A DNA stretch of 64,000 nt from Acidobacteriota bacterium (GTDB lineage Bacteria; Acidobacteriota; Polarisedimenticolia; Polarisedimenticolales; DASRJG01). The DNA is taken from assembly GCA_032124015.1 (NCBI GenBank), contig JAQBEH010000022.1, forward strand, positions 10,585-74,584, read 5' to 3'. A model generated the notes under the pieces. That model was not told the DNA's origin. It worked only from the letters and a program-made list of their open reading frames with translations, and did no database searches. Shown here piece by piece: positions 40,003 to 49,671 of this stretch (within the stretch, counting starts at the first letter, position 1; each line of letters opens with the position of its first letter). Made by a program: the position numbers and the translations under genes.

Positions 40003-40931
40003 CCGCGGGCGTCGTTGTCCTGGTCAACCCGGAAAGCGCGGGCGGGCGCACCCGTCGGCGGTGGCCGAGAATCGCCCACACCCTCGAACACACGATCGGC
40101 CCGTTCGAGTACCGCTTCACCGAACGACCACGGCACGCGAGCGCACTTGCGCGTGAGGTTGTCCTTGGCGGGTCCCGCCTGCTCGTCAGCGTTGGCGGTG
40201 ACGGCACGCACGGAGAGATCGTGAACGGGTTGCTCGAAGCCACCGCCGGCGCCCCACCGGCGGCACGCCCCGCATTGGGAATCGTACCCAGCGGCACCGG
40301 CAACGACCTCGCGCGGTCCCTCGGGCTTCCTAGAGGCATCGACGGTGCGATCGCGCGCCTCGCGTCGGGGACCGAGCGAAGTGTTGACGCCGGTCGCGTG
40401 AGCTTCGAATCCGACGACGGCGGTGCGAGCGCTCGGTACTTCGTCAATGTCGCGGATTTTGGTCTCTCGGGCGAGGTTGTCCGGCGGGTCAACCGTGGAG
40501 GCAAGGTCCTACCGGGGAAGGCGACCTTCTTCGTCGCGACCGTCGCGGCGATGCTGGCGTGGAAGAACCGTCCGATGCGCCTCGTGTTCGACGGTGGAGC
40601 GGAAGTATGGGAGGGGATCTTCCGCGAGGTGGCGGTCGCGAACGGGCGGACGATGGGCGGCGGCATGGTGATCGCCCCCGACGCGCGGATGGACGACGGT
40701 CTGTTCGACGTCGTCGCCCTCGGGGATTTCGGCTTTGGAGCCACGTTGGCGCTCGCTCCGGCGATCTACCGGGGGAAGCTCACGCGCGATCCGCGCGTCC
40801 GCCGCCGCCTCGCGACTCGTTTCGAGGCACACGCCGCGGACAGCGTTTCGCTCGCAGCGGACGGGGAGTCGTTGGGGCGACTCCCGGCGACCTTCGAAGT
40901 ACTCCCGGCGGCGTTGCGCGTTCTCATGTAA
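39978..40931 (+). CDS. Diacylglycerol kinase-family lipid kinase
   Basis: Carries [16 protein letters not shown] and [13 protein letters not shown]. The start is uncertain: GTG 39978 overlaps the tkt end, and CTG 39999 is an alternative. The ORF-track entry 38838..40931 is mostly shadow frame. Confidence 0.75.
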   Translation: MACGSERLTAGVVVLVNPESAGGRTRRRWPRIAHTLEHTIGPFEYRFTERPRHASALAREVVLGGSRLLVSVGGDGTHGEIVNGLLEATAGAPPAARPALGIVPSGTGNDLARSLGLPRGIDGAIARLASGTERSVDAGRVSFESDDGGASARYFVNVADFGLSGEVVRRVNRGGKVLPGKATFFVATVAAMLAWKNRPMRLVFDGGAEVWEGIFREVAVANGRTMGGGMVIAPDARMDDGLFDVVALGDFGFGATLALAPAIYRGKLTRDPRVRRRLATRFEAHAADSVSLAADGESLGRLPATFEVLPAALRVLM

Positions 40932-40954
40932 GCCCGCTGTTACCATGCGCGGCC

Positions 40955-42004
40955 ATGTGGCCGGATCACCTACGCAGTCAAACTCCGGACTCTCTGGCCA
41001 CTCTCTGGCCCGACCTTCCGCTCGATCCGTCGATCGCGCGCCGCGTGATCGCGCGTGTCACCGGCGAAGGGCGGGACGATCTCGTTGGGCTCAGGGGCCT
41101 GTCCCACGCGCTCGCCGCGGAAATAGCGAGGCGCGGGAGCACGAAGCGCCTCGATTGCGTCGACCGGCGCGAGAGCGCGCTCGACGGTTTCGTCAAATAC
41201 TTGTTCCGAGCCGCAGACGGCGCGTTCATCGAGTCCGTACGCATCCCGCTTCACCGGCCCCGGTTTTCCGTGTGCGTCTCCTCGCAGGCCGGTTGCGGCC
41301 TCGGCTGCGCTTTCTGCGAGACAGGACGCCTGGGCTTCGTGCGAAACCTCGAGCCGTGGGAGATCGTCGAGCAGGTCCTGGCCGTCAAGCGCGACGCCCC
41401 TCCCGAACGCCCCATCACCGGCGTCGTCTTCCAGGGCCAGGGCGAGCCGCTTCAAAACTACGACGCGGTGATCCGTGCGGCCACGATCCTGCGCGACCCC
41501 TCGGGTCTCAAGATCCGCGGCGAGGCGATCACGATTTCGACGGTTGGGCTCCTCCCCGCGATCGAGCGGTACACCGACGAGGGGCACGTCTTCCGCCTGA
41601 TCCTTTCCCTCACCTCCGCCATCGACGCCAAGCGCGCGACGCTCGTTCCTTTAGCCGAGAAATACTCCGTCGCCAAATTGGCGGCCGCGATGCGGAGGCA
41701 CGCTCTTCGGCACGGCGGCCCTGTGCACCTGGGCTGGGTCTTGATGTCCGGCGTCAACAGCGGAGAGGATGAAGCCGAGGCGATCGCCCGGGAGTTTTCG
41801 GGCGGGCCGGTGCGCGTTCATCTCATCGACGTGAACGACCCGTCGGGACGCTACCGTCCTCCCGATGACGCCGAACGGGGCAGGTTCCTCGACGCCTTGA
41901 GAGCGCGCGGCATCGCGTTCGTCAGGCGCTACTCGGGTGGTCCCGATATTCACGCGGCGTGTGGGATGTTGGCGGGGACGGCGCGCGGCGGAAGGCCCGT
42001 GTGA
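40955..42004 (+). CDS. rlmN: RlmN/Cfr-family radical SAM rRNA/tRNA methyltransferase
   Basis: Carries CVSSQAGCGLGCAFCETG (CxxxCxxC), GEPLQN and a C-terminal ACGML cysteine. Confidence 0.75.
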   Translation: MWPDHLRSQTPDSLATLWPDLPLDPSIARRVIARVTGEGRDDLVGLRGLSHALAAEIARRGSTKRLDCVDRRESALDGFVKYLFRAADGAFIESVRIPLHRPRFSVCVSSQAGCGLGCAFCETGRLGFVRNLEPWEIVEQVLAVKRDAPPERPITGVVFQGQGEPLQNYDAVIRAATILRDPSGLKIRGEAITISTVGLLPAIERYTDEGHVFRLILSLTSAIDAKRATLVPLAEKYSVAKLAAAMRRHALRHGGPVHLGWVLMSGVNSGEDEAEAIAREFSGGPVRVHLIDVNDPSGRYRPPDDAERGRFLDALRARGIAFVRRYSGGPDIHAACGMLAGTARGGRPV

Positions 42005-43371
42005 CCGCGGACGCGCCGAAGCGGCCGACCCTCCTCATGATGACCGTACCCTTGGTCATCTCGTTCTGGATGCGGTCGCTGTTTTCCTTCGTCGACACCT
42101 ACTACGCCTCGTTCCTCTCGGACGCCGCGGTCGCCGCGATCGGTCTTTCGTTTCCCTTCGAATTCGTGATGATCGCCGTGTGGGTCGGAATGTCGACCGG
42201 CCTCACGTCGAACTTCGCGCGCGCGATGGGGGCCGGGGAGGAGACGAAACTCCGGCAGTACCTGAAGGCGACCCGGACGCTGGTGCTGCTGTGCATCCCG
42301 GTCTTCCTGCTGCTTGGCGCCGGGTGCTGGGTGTTCGCGGGCATGCTGGCGCCCGACCGCGAGGTCGCGCGGCAATTTGCGGTTTACGGATCGGTGCTCG
42401 TCGGCGGTTCGGCGCTGACCCTCTTCTGGTCGGTGCTCCCCGATTCGATCGTCAAGGCGCATGGCGACACGAAAGCCACGATGTGGGCGGGGATCTGGTC
42501 CAACGTCATCAACGTCATTCTCAACACGATCTTCACGTTCGTCTTCCATTGGGGTGTTTTCGGAATCGCGTTTTCGACGGTGATCGGGCGATTCGGGGGG
42601 TTGGCCTACGCGCTGAAAAAGGCGGCCGGGCACGAGGCCGCGCGCGAGGCCAAGGGCCTCCCGTCGGTCCCCGGCCGCGACCCTCGCCCCTACCGTGCCC
42701 TCTTCGTGCTCGCGGTCCCCTCGGCGCTTTCCTACGTGCTCATGGCTTCTGAAACGGGCGTCGTCAACTGGCTGCTCAAGGGTCTCGAGCACGGCAGAGA
42801 AGCGCTCGCCGCATATGCGATCTACTACCGTGTCTTCAGTTTCGTCGTCATGCCCGCCATCGCCGCTTCGGTGGCGATGCTCCCGTTCGCGGCCCGGCGG
42901 ATCGGCGAACAGGACGTAGGCGCTGTCCGCCGCGGCTTGAAGCAGGCCCACCTCGCAGGCTGTGTCTACGCTGCGCTGGTGGCGCCCGTCTTGTATTTCC
43001 TGGCGCCCCCGCTCGCTAGGCACCTGTCCAGCTCCTCGGTCACGATTGCCTACCTTGTTCCGGCGCTTCGTGTCGTCCCGCTCGCCGCCCTTCTCGCTAT
43101 CCCGTTCTTCCTGTGCCGGCCGGTCTTCGAGGGGATGGGGCGTGGGCGGCCCGGTCTCACGATGTCGATGCTGCGCTACGTGGCGCTGGCCGTGCCGGCG
43201 GCTCTGACCGGGCTCTGGCTGGCACCGAAGCTCCGCGTTTCGCCCGTCCTCGGGCTGGTGGGCGGCTTGATGGCGGCGTCCGCGATCAGTTCCCTGGTTT
43301 TCCTCTTCTGGACTCGGAAGGCCTTGATCGAGGCCGCAAAAGGCTCGCAGAATCGTGGCGCCGCCGCATAA
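42001..43371 (+). CDS. MATE family efflux transporter
   Basis: GTG 42001 overlaps the upstream stop (GTGA). The product has 12 TM helices and the N-terminal motif LLMMTVPLVISFWMRSLFSFVDTYY. Confidence 0.75.
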   Translation: MTADAPKRPTLLMMTVPLVISFWMRSLFSFVDTYYASFLSDAAVAAIGLSFPFEFVMIAVWVGMSTGLTSNFARAMGAGEETKLRQYLKATRTLVLLCIPVFLLLGAGCWVFAGMLAPDREVARQFAVYGSVLVGGSALTLFWSVLPDSIVKAHGDTKATMWAGIWSNVINVILNTIFTFVFHWGVFGIAFSTVIGRFGGLAYALKKAAGHEAAREAKGLPSVPGRDPRPYRALFVLAVPSALSYVLMASETGVVNWLLKGLEHGREALAAYAIYYRVFSFVVMPAIAASVAMLPFAARRIGEQDVGAVRRGLKQAHLAGCVYAALVAPVLYFLAPPLARHLSSSSVTIAYLVPALRVVPLAALLAIPFFLCRPVFEGMGRGRPGLTMSMLRYVALAVPAALTGLWLAPKLRVSPVLGLVGGLMAASAISSLVFLFWTRKALIEAAKGSQNRGAAA

Positions 43372-43389
43372 TACGCGGCCGGAGGGGGC

Positions 43390-44259
43390 ATGCCCGCGAT
43401 TCCAAAGCTCGTATGGATCTTTGCCGCCACGCTGGCGATCGTGGCGCCGTTCGCCATCCTCGCGGGGCGTCGAGGCGGTCGCTACCGGGCGTTTCCGCGG
43501 TGGATCGCGGCCTGGTCCCAGTTCGCGATACTGATCGTCGCTCTCTCCCGCCTGAATTCGGCGATTTCGTTCACGCTCTTGGGCCTCGTGATGTTCGTCG
43601 CGCTCAAGCAGTACTTCACCCTGACGCCCCTGAGGCCCCAAGACCGCTGGGCCGTTCTCGTCGCCTACATCTCGATCCCGTTGGCGCTCTGGCCGACGTG
43701 GGCCGACTCGTTCAGCCTACTGAGCGTGGCCACCGTCATCGGGCTGTTCCTCTTGATCCCCGTCCTGCTCTCGATCGTTCCGCGGCAGCCCGGTTTGCTC
43801 GACGCTTTGGGGCGCGTGCTGCTCGGCGTTTTGGTGTTCGTGTTCTGCGCCGCCCACTTCGGCCTGATGACGCGCCTCCCCCTAGGGAGCCTCGAGCTGT
43901 TCGGGATCACGGCGCTGCTGGCCGACCTCCCGCAGCGGCTCACCGGGCGGATCCGTCCCGGCGGCGAGCGCGTGCGACCGTTGATCGGCGTATTGGCGAG
44001 CGTCGTCATTGCGGCGGCGGTTGGCGCGATGCTCGCGCCGTTGGCTTCTTCGACCGAGTCGCTTCACGGCGCGGTGGCCGGGGGCGTTATCGCCCTCGCG
44101 ATGGCGGGCGGCTCGCTCGTTTCGGATGCCGTGGCCCAGGATCTTCTGCGGACCCAGTCCGACGCGGTGCTGGGGCGCGCCGCGTTCCTCGACCGCACGC
44201 TGCCGGTGATCTATGCGGCGCCGTTTTTCTATCACTACCTAAGAGCCGTCGCCTCGTGA
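43390..44259 (+). CDS. Polytopic membrane protein, weakly CdsA (CTP_transf_1)-like, catalytic signature not conserved
   Basis: 289 aa with about 8 TM helices. The C-terminal segment SLVSDAVAQDLLRTQSDAVLGRAAFLDR lies where CdsA has S..KR..KD..PGHGG..DR. Confidence 0.4.
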   Translation: MPAIPKLVWIFAATLAIVAPFAILAGRRGGRYRAFPRWIAAWSQFAILIVALSRLNSAISFTLLGLVMFVALKQYFTLTPLRPQDRWAVLVAYISIPLALWPTWADSFSLLSVATVIGLFLLIPVLLSIVPRQPGLLDALGRVLLGVLVFVFCAAHFGLMTRLPLGSLELFGITALLADLPQRLTGRIRPGGERVRPLIGVLASVVIAAAVGAMLAPLASSTESLHGAVAGGVIALAMAGGSLVSDAVAQDLLRTQSDAVLGRAAFLDRTLPVIYAAPFFYHYLRAVAS

Positions 44260-45710
44260 ATACACTCAGGCGCGTGTTCCGCCTCGCCTTCTTCTACGCG
44301 TTCCAGCTCGGCTTCGTGAGGCCGATGCTGAAGTGGTATTGGGGCGCGCACTACCGCCGCAGGGCCACCCTTCCGAAGGGGCCCTGTCTCGTCGTGGCGA
44401 ATCACAACTCGCATCTCGACGCGCCGCTCCTCATGACGATGTTCCCGATCAAGCGCATCGCGCACATCCATCCCGTCGCCGCCGCGGACTACTTCGGTAA
44501 GACCGCCTGGCGCCGCACGATGGTGATGGTGGGGATGAACGCGATGGGGATCGAGCGAACCGCGGCGCCGGGGCGGGACGTCCTTCAGCCCGTGGTCGAC
44601 GCCCTCGAAGCGGGGCAGACGCTGATCTTCTTTCCCGAGGGGAGCCGGGGGACGCCCGGGGTCATCGGATCCTTCAAGCCGGGGATCGGGAAGATCGTGA
44701 AGAGCGTCCCCGGTCTCCTCGTGGTTCCGGTGTTCCTCTCGGGGGCGGAGCGCAGCCTTCCGCGCGGGGTGTCGCTTCCTCTCCCCCTGGGCCTCGACGT
44801 GAATATCGGGAAGCCCCGCACGTACTCGCCACTGCTCGATGCGCGCGACATCGCGGAGACCATCCGCGCCGATGTCTTGGCACTCGCCCCGGCCCCTCGT
44901 CCCGTTCCGGGGCCCCGCCCCACGCCTCCGGTCCGCGTGGTGTGCTGCGGCATCGACACCCAGGCGAACCACGCCCTGTTCCTCGCGCTCACCGAGAGGC
45001 TCGGAGCCGCAGGACGTACGATCGGTATCGCGGAGACGATCCTCGAATCCGACGGGACGGGGACGCGAGAGTCGGAAGGCATCCCGCTCGTGCGCAGCGG
45101 CACGGTGCCGCAGGTGCTTGCCTGGGTGCTCCGCACCGGCGGCATGCACCGCGGAAACAAGTTCGCCCAGATGGTCCGGCGGGCGCGTGTGGACGAGGCG
45201 CTCCAGGACGGACGCTCCGCCCGATTCGTCGTCGGGGAGGGAAGCCCCCTCGTCGATCTCCTCGCCTGGGGCGAGGCGGATTTCTACAGCGGTTCGTTCG
45301 ACGAGAAAGGGCTGCAACAACTTCTCCATTACGTCTCGGGCCAGAGGCGGATCCCGTTCGGCCAGTGGGCCCGGTTCCTCCGCAAGGCTCCCGAGGTTTG
45401 GCTGCTCAACGTCTTCGACCTCGCGCAACCGCCGGCTCCCGACGTACTCGTGCTGACGACGCGCGATGCGGGCTCGGCGATGGAACGCATCCGGTCTCGA
45501 GGCCGCGCGCTCGAGTCGTGGGAGAACGAGACGTTTCTCGGCCGGCTGCAAGAGGGCTACCGGCAGGTGGCCTCCGTGTTTCGGAAGAGGCGGATCGAGG
45601 TCGTCGAGCTGGACGGCCTCGACCTCAACGTCGACCGGGCGGCGGAGGAAATCGAAGCGGCCTGCCGGCGTTTGGCGTTGAAGGGGACCGAGGCGCTCCT
45701 CGGGGGGTAG
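44256..45710 (+). CDS. PlsC-type acyltransferase fused to a degenerate P-loop kinase-like C-terminal domain
   Basis: GTG 44256 overlaps the upstream stop. It has the HX4D motif (NHNSHLD) and FPEGSRG. The C-terminal 270 aa or so starts VVCCGIDTQANH, where dNMP kinases have GxDGxGKT. Confidence 0.7.
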   Translation: MNTLRRVFRLAFFYAFQLGFVRPMLKWYWGAHYRRRATLPKGPCLVVANHNSHLDAPLLMTMFPIKRIAHIHPVAAADYFGKTAWRRTMVMVGMNAMGIERTAAPGRDVLQPVVDALEAGQTLIFFPEGSRGTPGVIGSFKPGIGKIVKSVPGLLVVPVFLSGAERSLPRGVSLPLPLGLDVNIGKPRTYSPLLDARDIAETIRADVLALAPAPRPVPGPRPTPPVRVVCCGIDTQANHALFLALTERLGAAGRTIGIAETILESDGTGTRESEGIPLVRSGTVPQVLAWVLRTGGMHRGNKFAQMVRRARVDEALQDGRSARFVVGEGSPLVDLLAWGEADFYSGSFDEKGLQQLLHYVSGQRRIPFGQWARFLRKAPEVWLLNVFDLAQPPAPDVLVLTTRDAGSAMERIRSRGRALESWENETFLGRLQEGYRQVASVFRKRRIEVVELDGLDLNVDRAAEEIEAACRRLALKGTEALLGG

Positions 45711-45712
45711 AC

Positions 45713-46378
45713 ATGCCGGCAGAGCCGAAATTCGTCCCACTCCAGTTCCTCGAGTACACCCACGACGAGATGCTCCTGCGGTCGCAGGAATTTCAGTCGG
45801 AGATGGAGCGCCGGCGTACCGTTCGGGACTTCGCGGACCGCCCCGTCAAAGAGGAAATCCTGAGAAACGCGATCAAAACGGCGGGGACCGCACCTTCCGG
45901 GGCGCACAAGCAGCCGTGGACCTTCATCCTCGTGGGAAACCCCGAAACGAAGGCGCGGATCCGGCAAGCCGCCGAGGCCGAGGAAAAAGAGAGCTACGAA
46001 CGGCGGATGCCGCAAGAATGGCTCGACGACCTGGCTCCTCTCGGCACGGACTGGCGCAAGCCGTTCCTCACGATCTGTCCTTGGCTCATCGTGGTGATGG
46101 CCCAAACCTACGCCGCGACGCCTCGCGGCCTGGCGAAGCACTACTACGTCCAGGAGTCGGTCGGCATCGCCACGGGGTTCCTTCTCGCCGCGCTCCACCA
46201 CGCCGGTCTGGCCACGCTCACCCATACGCCCAGTCCAATGGCGTTCCTGCGGGACATTCTCGGGCGACCCGAGGAAGAGCGCGTGTTTCTCCTCGTGGCG
46301 GCCGGTTATCCCGCACCGGGGTGCGAGGTCCCCGACCTGGTGCGCAAGCCGCTCGAACGGATCCTCGTTGTCCGTTGA
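45713..46378 (+). CDS. Nitroreductase family protein (iodotyrosine-deiodinase-like)
   Basis: Carries RRTVRDF, APSGAHKQPW and the general layout of the nitroreductase fold. Confidence 0.75.
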   Translation: MPAEPKFVPLQFLEYTHDEMLLRSQEFQSEMERRRTVRDFADRPVKEEILRNAIKTAGTAPSGAHKQPWTFILVGNPETKARIRQAAEAEEKESYERRMPQEWLDDLAPLGTDWRKPFLTICPWLIVVMAQTYAATPRGLAKHYYVQESVGIATGFLLAALHHAGLATLTHTPSPMAFLRDILGRPEEERVFLLVAAGYPAPGCEVPDLVRKPLERILVVR

Positions 46379-46484
46379 CGTTGCAGATATTCCGCTGAGT
46401 CTTCCTCATCCGACTTGACGTAGCGCTCGGCTGCGGCAAACTTGGTGTGCGCGGTCACGTCCACGCGCGGACAGGAGGTGTCGG

Positions 46485-46934
46485 ATGAGCGGCTCCCAGA
46501 TCTTCTCCAAGCTGAGCCAGCAGGCCTTGGAAGACCATGCCGTCATCCACTTCCACCTCGACCAGCTCGAGCGCGCGCTTTCCGACCTCGATCCCGTACG
46601 CGCCACGGACGAGACGCTCCTCACGGTCGCCGTGCGCATCGACAGCTTCAAGGAGCGCCTCACCGAGCACTTCGGCACGGAGGAGGATGGGGGGCTGTTT
46701 CAGGGGATTCAGGACGCCCTGCCCCAGGCCGAAAGCGACGTTCGCCGCCTCCGCGCTCAGCACGCCCGGTTGAATGAGGCGCTCGAAAAGGCGCGCGCGA
46801 TCGCCCGCCGGGGTGACCCCGCCGAGGCGCTGGCCCTCAAAGCGGACCTGGACCGCTTCCTCGCGATGATGCGCGAGCACGAGCGCGACGAAGAAGCGCT
46901 CTTGAAGCGGGCCTTGCGGCAAGACGAGTGCTGA
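46485..46934 (+). CDS. Hemerythrin-like (HHE cation-binding) domain protein
   Basis: 149-aa helical protein with recurrent His/Glu pairs (LEDHAVIHFH, LTEHFGTEE, MREHERDEE). Confidence 0.5.
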   Translation: MSGSQIFSKLSQQALEDHAVIHFHLDQLERALSDLDPVRATDETLLTVAVRIDSFKERLTEHFGTEEDGGLFQGIQDALPQAESDVRRLRAQHARLNEALEKARAIARRGDPAEALALKADLDRFLAMMREHERDEEALLKRALRQDEC

Positions 46935-48229
46935 ACGCCTTCTTCGTCGCCCTCGTCCTCGTCTCCGTCCTCGTCGCTGCCTTTACCGGTCACATGGAGA
47001 CGGTTTCGTCTTCGGCGTTAGACGCCGCCAAGAAATCGGTCGAGCTGGCCCTGGGCCTCGTCGGGGTGATGTCGTTGTTCATGGGACTCATGAAGGTCGC
47101 GCAGGACGGCGGCCTGCTTCGTCTGATCGCGAAGGCGGCCGCACCGATCATGCGACGCCTCTTCCCGGACGTTCCCGCGGACCATCCCGCGATGAGTGCG
47201 ATGATCCTGAACATCGCCTCGAACGTGTTGGGTCTCGGAAACGCGGCGACCCCGTTCGGGATCCGGGCGATGCAAGAACTGGATCGATTGAACCCGGTGA
47301 AGGGCACCGCGACCAATGCGATGGTGCTCTTTCTCGCGATCAACACCGCGGGGTTGGCGATTCTGCCCACCGGGGTCGTCGCGCTGCGTGCTGCTGCCGG
47401 CTCGAAGGACCCTGCCGGGATCTTCTTCACCACCTGGTTCGCCTCGGCGTGCGCCACGCTCGTCGCCATCCTGGCGGCGACCCTGCTCGCCAAGCTCCCT
47501 CGATACCGGGCGACGAACCCGCAGGGAACCCTCTCCCCGGCGGCAACGGCCGAGCCGCCGCCGTCCGTTCCCGACGAACCCGCGCGAACCCCCCCGCGTT
47601 TTGGTGGCTGGCTCGCAGCGGGCTACGTCGCCGCCGTCGGTACCGCGCTCGTGGTCCACTTCGGCCACGAAGTCCGGGTGAGGCCGTGGGGCGACGTCGC
47701 GCGGGGGGTTGCTTCGTTCTGGATGATCCCCATTCTGATCGCCGGCCTCGTCCTTTTCGGCTGGGCGCGAGGCGTGCGCGTCTACGAGTCCGTCGTCGAA
47801 GGGGCGAAGGAAGGATTTCAGGTCGCGCTGCGCATCATCCCGTACCTGGTCGCGATTCTCGTGGCGGTGGCCATGTTTCGCGCCTCAGGGTGCCTCGACC
47901 TGTTCGTCGCCGCGGTGTCCCCCCTTACGGCGCCCTTGGGCCTTCCCGCGGAGGCGGTCCCGATGGCGGTGCTCCGCCCCCTTTCCGGATCGGGCGCGTT
48001 CGGCGTCATGAGCGAGATCCTCAGCACCCGCGGTCCTGATTCGTACCTTGGCTACCTCGTCAGCACCATGCAGGGGTCCACCGAGACGACGTTCTATGTC
48101 CTCGCGGTCTACTTCGGGGCCGTCGGCATCAAGAGGACCCGCCACGCCGTCCCCGCCGGCCTGCTGGCGGATGCCGCGGGGATCGCAGCGGCCGTATTCA
48201 TCTGCCACCTGGTCTGGGGCCGAGTCTGA
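46928..48229 (+). CDS. Nucleoside-recognition (Gate) domain membrane protein, SpmA/SpmB fusion type
   Basis: GTG 46928 overlaps the hemerythrin gene end. It carries SpmA-like LGLGNAATPFGIRAM and SpmB-like GSTETTFYVLAVYFG. Confidence 0.75.
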   Translation: MLNAFFVALVLVSVLVAAFTGHMETVSSSALDAAKKSVELALGLVGVMSLFMGLMKVAQDGGLLRLIAKAAAPIMRRLFPDVPADHPAMSAMILNIASNVLGLGNAATPFGIRAMQELDRLNPVKGTATNAMVLFLAINTAGLAILPTGVVALRAAAGSKDPAGIFFTTWFASACATLVAILAATLLAKLPRYRATNPQGTLSPAATAEPPPSVPDEPARTPPRFGGWLAAGYVAAVGTALVVHFGHEVRVRPWGDVARGVASFWMIPILIAGLVLFGWARGVRVYESVVEGAKEGFQVALRIIPYLVAILVAVAMFRASGCLDLFVAAVSPLTAPLGLPAEAVPMAVLRPLSGSGAFGVMSEILSTRGPDSYLGYLVSTMQGSTETTFYVLAVYFGAVGIKRTRHAVPAGLLADAAGIAAAVFICHLVWGRV

Positions 48230-48244
48230 TTGGGGTCAGGTCGG

Positions 48245-48273
48245 TTGACGCTATCGGAGCACGGTGCTAACGT
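48245..48273 (+). promoter_or_regulatory. Sigma70-like promoter candidate
   Basis: TTGACG (48245..48250), 17-nt spacer, TAACGT (48268..48273). Confidence 0.35.
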
Positions 48274-48279
48274 CGTTCG

Positions 48280-48411
48280 TTGCCGTGGAGAGAATCAAAT
48301 TAATGGACACGCGAAAGCTCGCCCGACCGGGCCTGCCTCGAACGAAGGGGGCGGGTCCGAAGGGGAAGATCGCGGAGAGGGCGCTCGGTTCACGAGCGCC
48401 CTTCGTGTTTT
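48280..48411 (+). ncRNA. Candidate small RNA or structured leader of about 130 nt, unclassified
   Basis: It is bounded by the promoter candidate and a terminator hairpin. No ORF or known RNA family was recognised. Confidence 0.3.
48379..48411 (+). terminator. Rho-independent terminator candidate
   Basis: Stem GGGCGCTCG (48379..48387) / CGAGCGCCC (48393..48401), loop GTTCA, then TTCGTGTTTT. Confidence 0.6.
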
Positions 48412-48437
48412 AGCGAACCAGACGACGGAGGGGACGC

Positions 48438-49235
48438 ATGTCGGACGCGAGAATCCAGCTTCAAAAACTTGTGAAGATGCAGGAGCTCGCCCTCGAGATC
48501 CAGGCCGCCCATGCGGTCGTCGATGGCGCACCCGCCAAGATCGAGGAAGCGGAAGGGCGCTTTCGTGAGCGCAATGCCGAGTACGTTGCGCTCAAGGAAC
48601 GTTTCGACGCGATCGACGCCGACCGCCGCGAGCGCACGCTGGACCTTTCAACCCTCGAAGAGACGCGGAAGCACTATCAGGACAGCCTGATGCAGGTGAA
48701 AAACCAGCGCGAGTATGCGGCGGTGCTCAAAGAGATCGACGCGGCAAAGGCCAGCATCGGCGATCACGAAGAGGCGATTCTGGCCAGCATGGACGAGGTC
48801 GAGACGTTGAAGGTCGATCTCGAGGCCCGCGTGGCGCACATCGAGTCCGAGCGTTTGATTGTCGAAAAGGAACGCGCCGAAGTCGAAGCCGCGGTTGCGG
48901 AGGCTCAGGCGCTCATCGAGCGCCACGCCGCCGAACGCGCCCAGATCGAAAGCACGCTTCCTCCCGCGCTCGTTGCCAACGTCACCCGCGTCGAGGAAGG
49001 CCGCAGGGGGCTCTTCCTCGTCCGGGTCGAGCGGGAGAGTTGCTCGGCCTGCAACGTCCGCCTGCGCCCGCAGGTCTATCAAGAGATTCGACAGGCCTCG
49101 AAGATCCACGTGTGCGGCAGCTGCCGCCGTTATCTCTACACCGAGGCCGCATTCACGACCACATCCGTCTCGACGTCCGCTGCGCTGAATGGGCCCGGCA
49201 CGGAGACGGAGGCGGTGAATGGCGGAGCGGTTTAG
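48438..49235 (+). CDS. Coiled-coil protein with C-terminal C4 zinc ribbon (DUF164 / Rv2229c-like)
   Basis: A long coiled coil is followed by CSACNVRL..CGSCRRYLY. The SD is GGAGGGG. The gene sits immediately upstream of RNase HI, as in actinobacteria. Confidence 0.7.
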   Translation: MSDARIQLQKLVKMQELALEIQAAHAVVDGAPAKIEEAEGRFRERNAEYVALKERFDAIDADRRERTLDLSTLEETRKHYQDSLMQVKNQREYAAVLKEIDAAKASIGDHEEAILASMDEVETLKVDLEARVAHIESERLIVEKERAEVEAAVAEAQALIERHAAERAQIESTLPPALVANVTRVEEGRRGLFLVRVERESCSACNVRLRPQVYQEIRQASKIHVCGSCRRYLYTEAAFTTTSVSTSAALNGPGTETEAVNGGAV

Positions 49236-49671
49236 AGCCGGCTTCGACGGCGGCTCGCGAGGAAATCCCGGTCCCGCCGCCTGGGGGGTGGTCGTCCTGG
49301 ATCCAGAAGGTCGCGTGATCGAAGGATTCGCCGGCGCGATCGGGCGGGCCACCAACAACGTCGCCGAATACACCGCCCTCCTCGAGGCGCTGGCCATTGC
49401 CCTGGCGCGCGAGGCCGACGACGTCGAACTCCTCGCCGATTCCGAGCTGGTGGTCAAGCAAGTCAGGGGCGAGTACAAGGTCAGACATCCCGACCTGATC
49501 CCGCTCCACGCCGAAGCGGTCCGCCGCATCGCCAGACTCCGCAAGTTCAAGATCGGCCACATCCCCCGTGAAAAAAACAAAGACGCGGACAAGCTGGTCA
49601 ACCGCGCGCTGAATCTGGTCGAAGGCGGTGGCGACGGAGCGGCGGTAAAGGTCCACGAGACGTTCGAGTGA
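49219..49671 (+). CDS. rnhA: Ribonuclease HI
   Basis: Carries FDGGSRGNPGPAA, NNVAEYTALLEAL, ADSELVVKQ and PREKNKDADKL. It overlaps the upstream gene by 17 nt. Confidence 0.85.
   Translation: MAERFRAGFDGGSRGNPGPAAWGVVVLDPEGRVIEGFAGAIGRATNNVAEYTALLEALAIALAREADDVELLADSELVVKQVRGEYKVRHPDLIPLHAEAVRRIARLRKFKIGHIPREKNKDADKLVNRALNLVEGGGDGAAVKVHETFE

Noticed and set aside
43113-44255. Upstream 380 codons of the 865-aa ORF ending as the PlsC fusion
   Set aside because: This stretch overlaps the MATE and CdsA-like genes in another frame and has Arg/Gly-rich shadow composition. Acyltransferase homology begins at GTG 44256.
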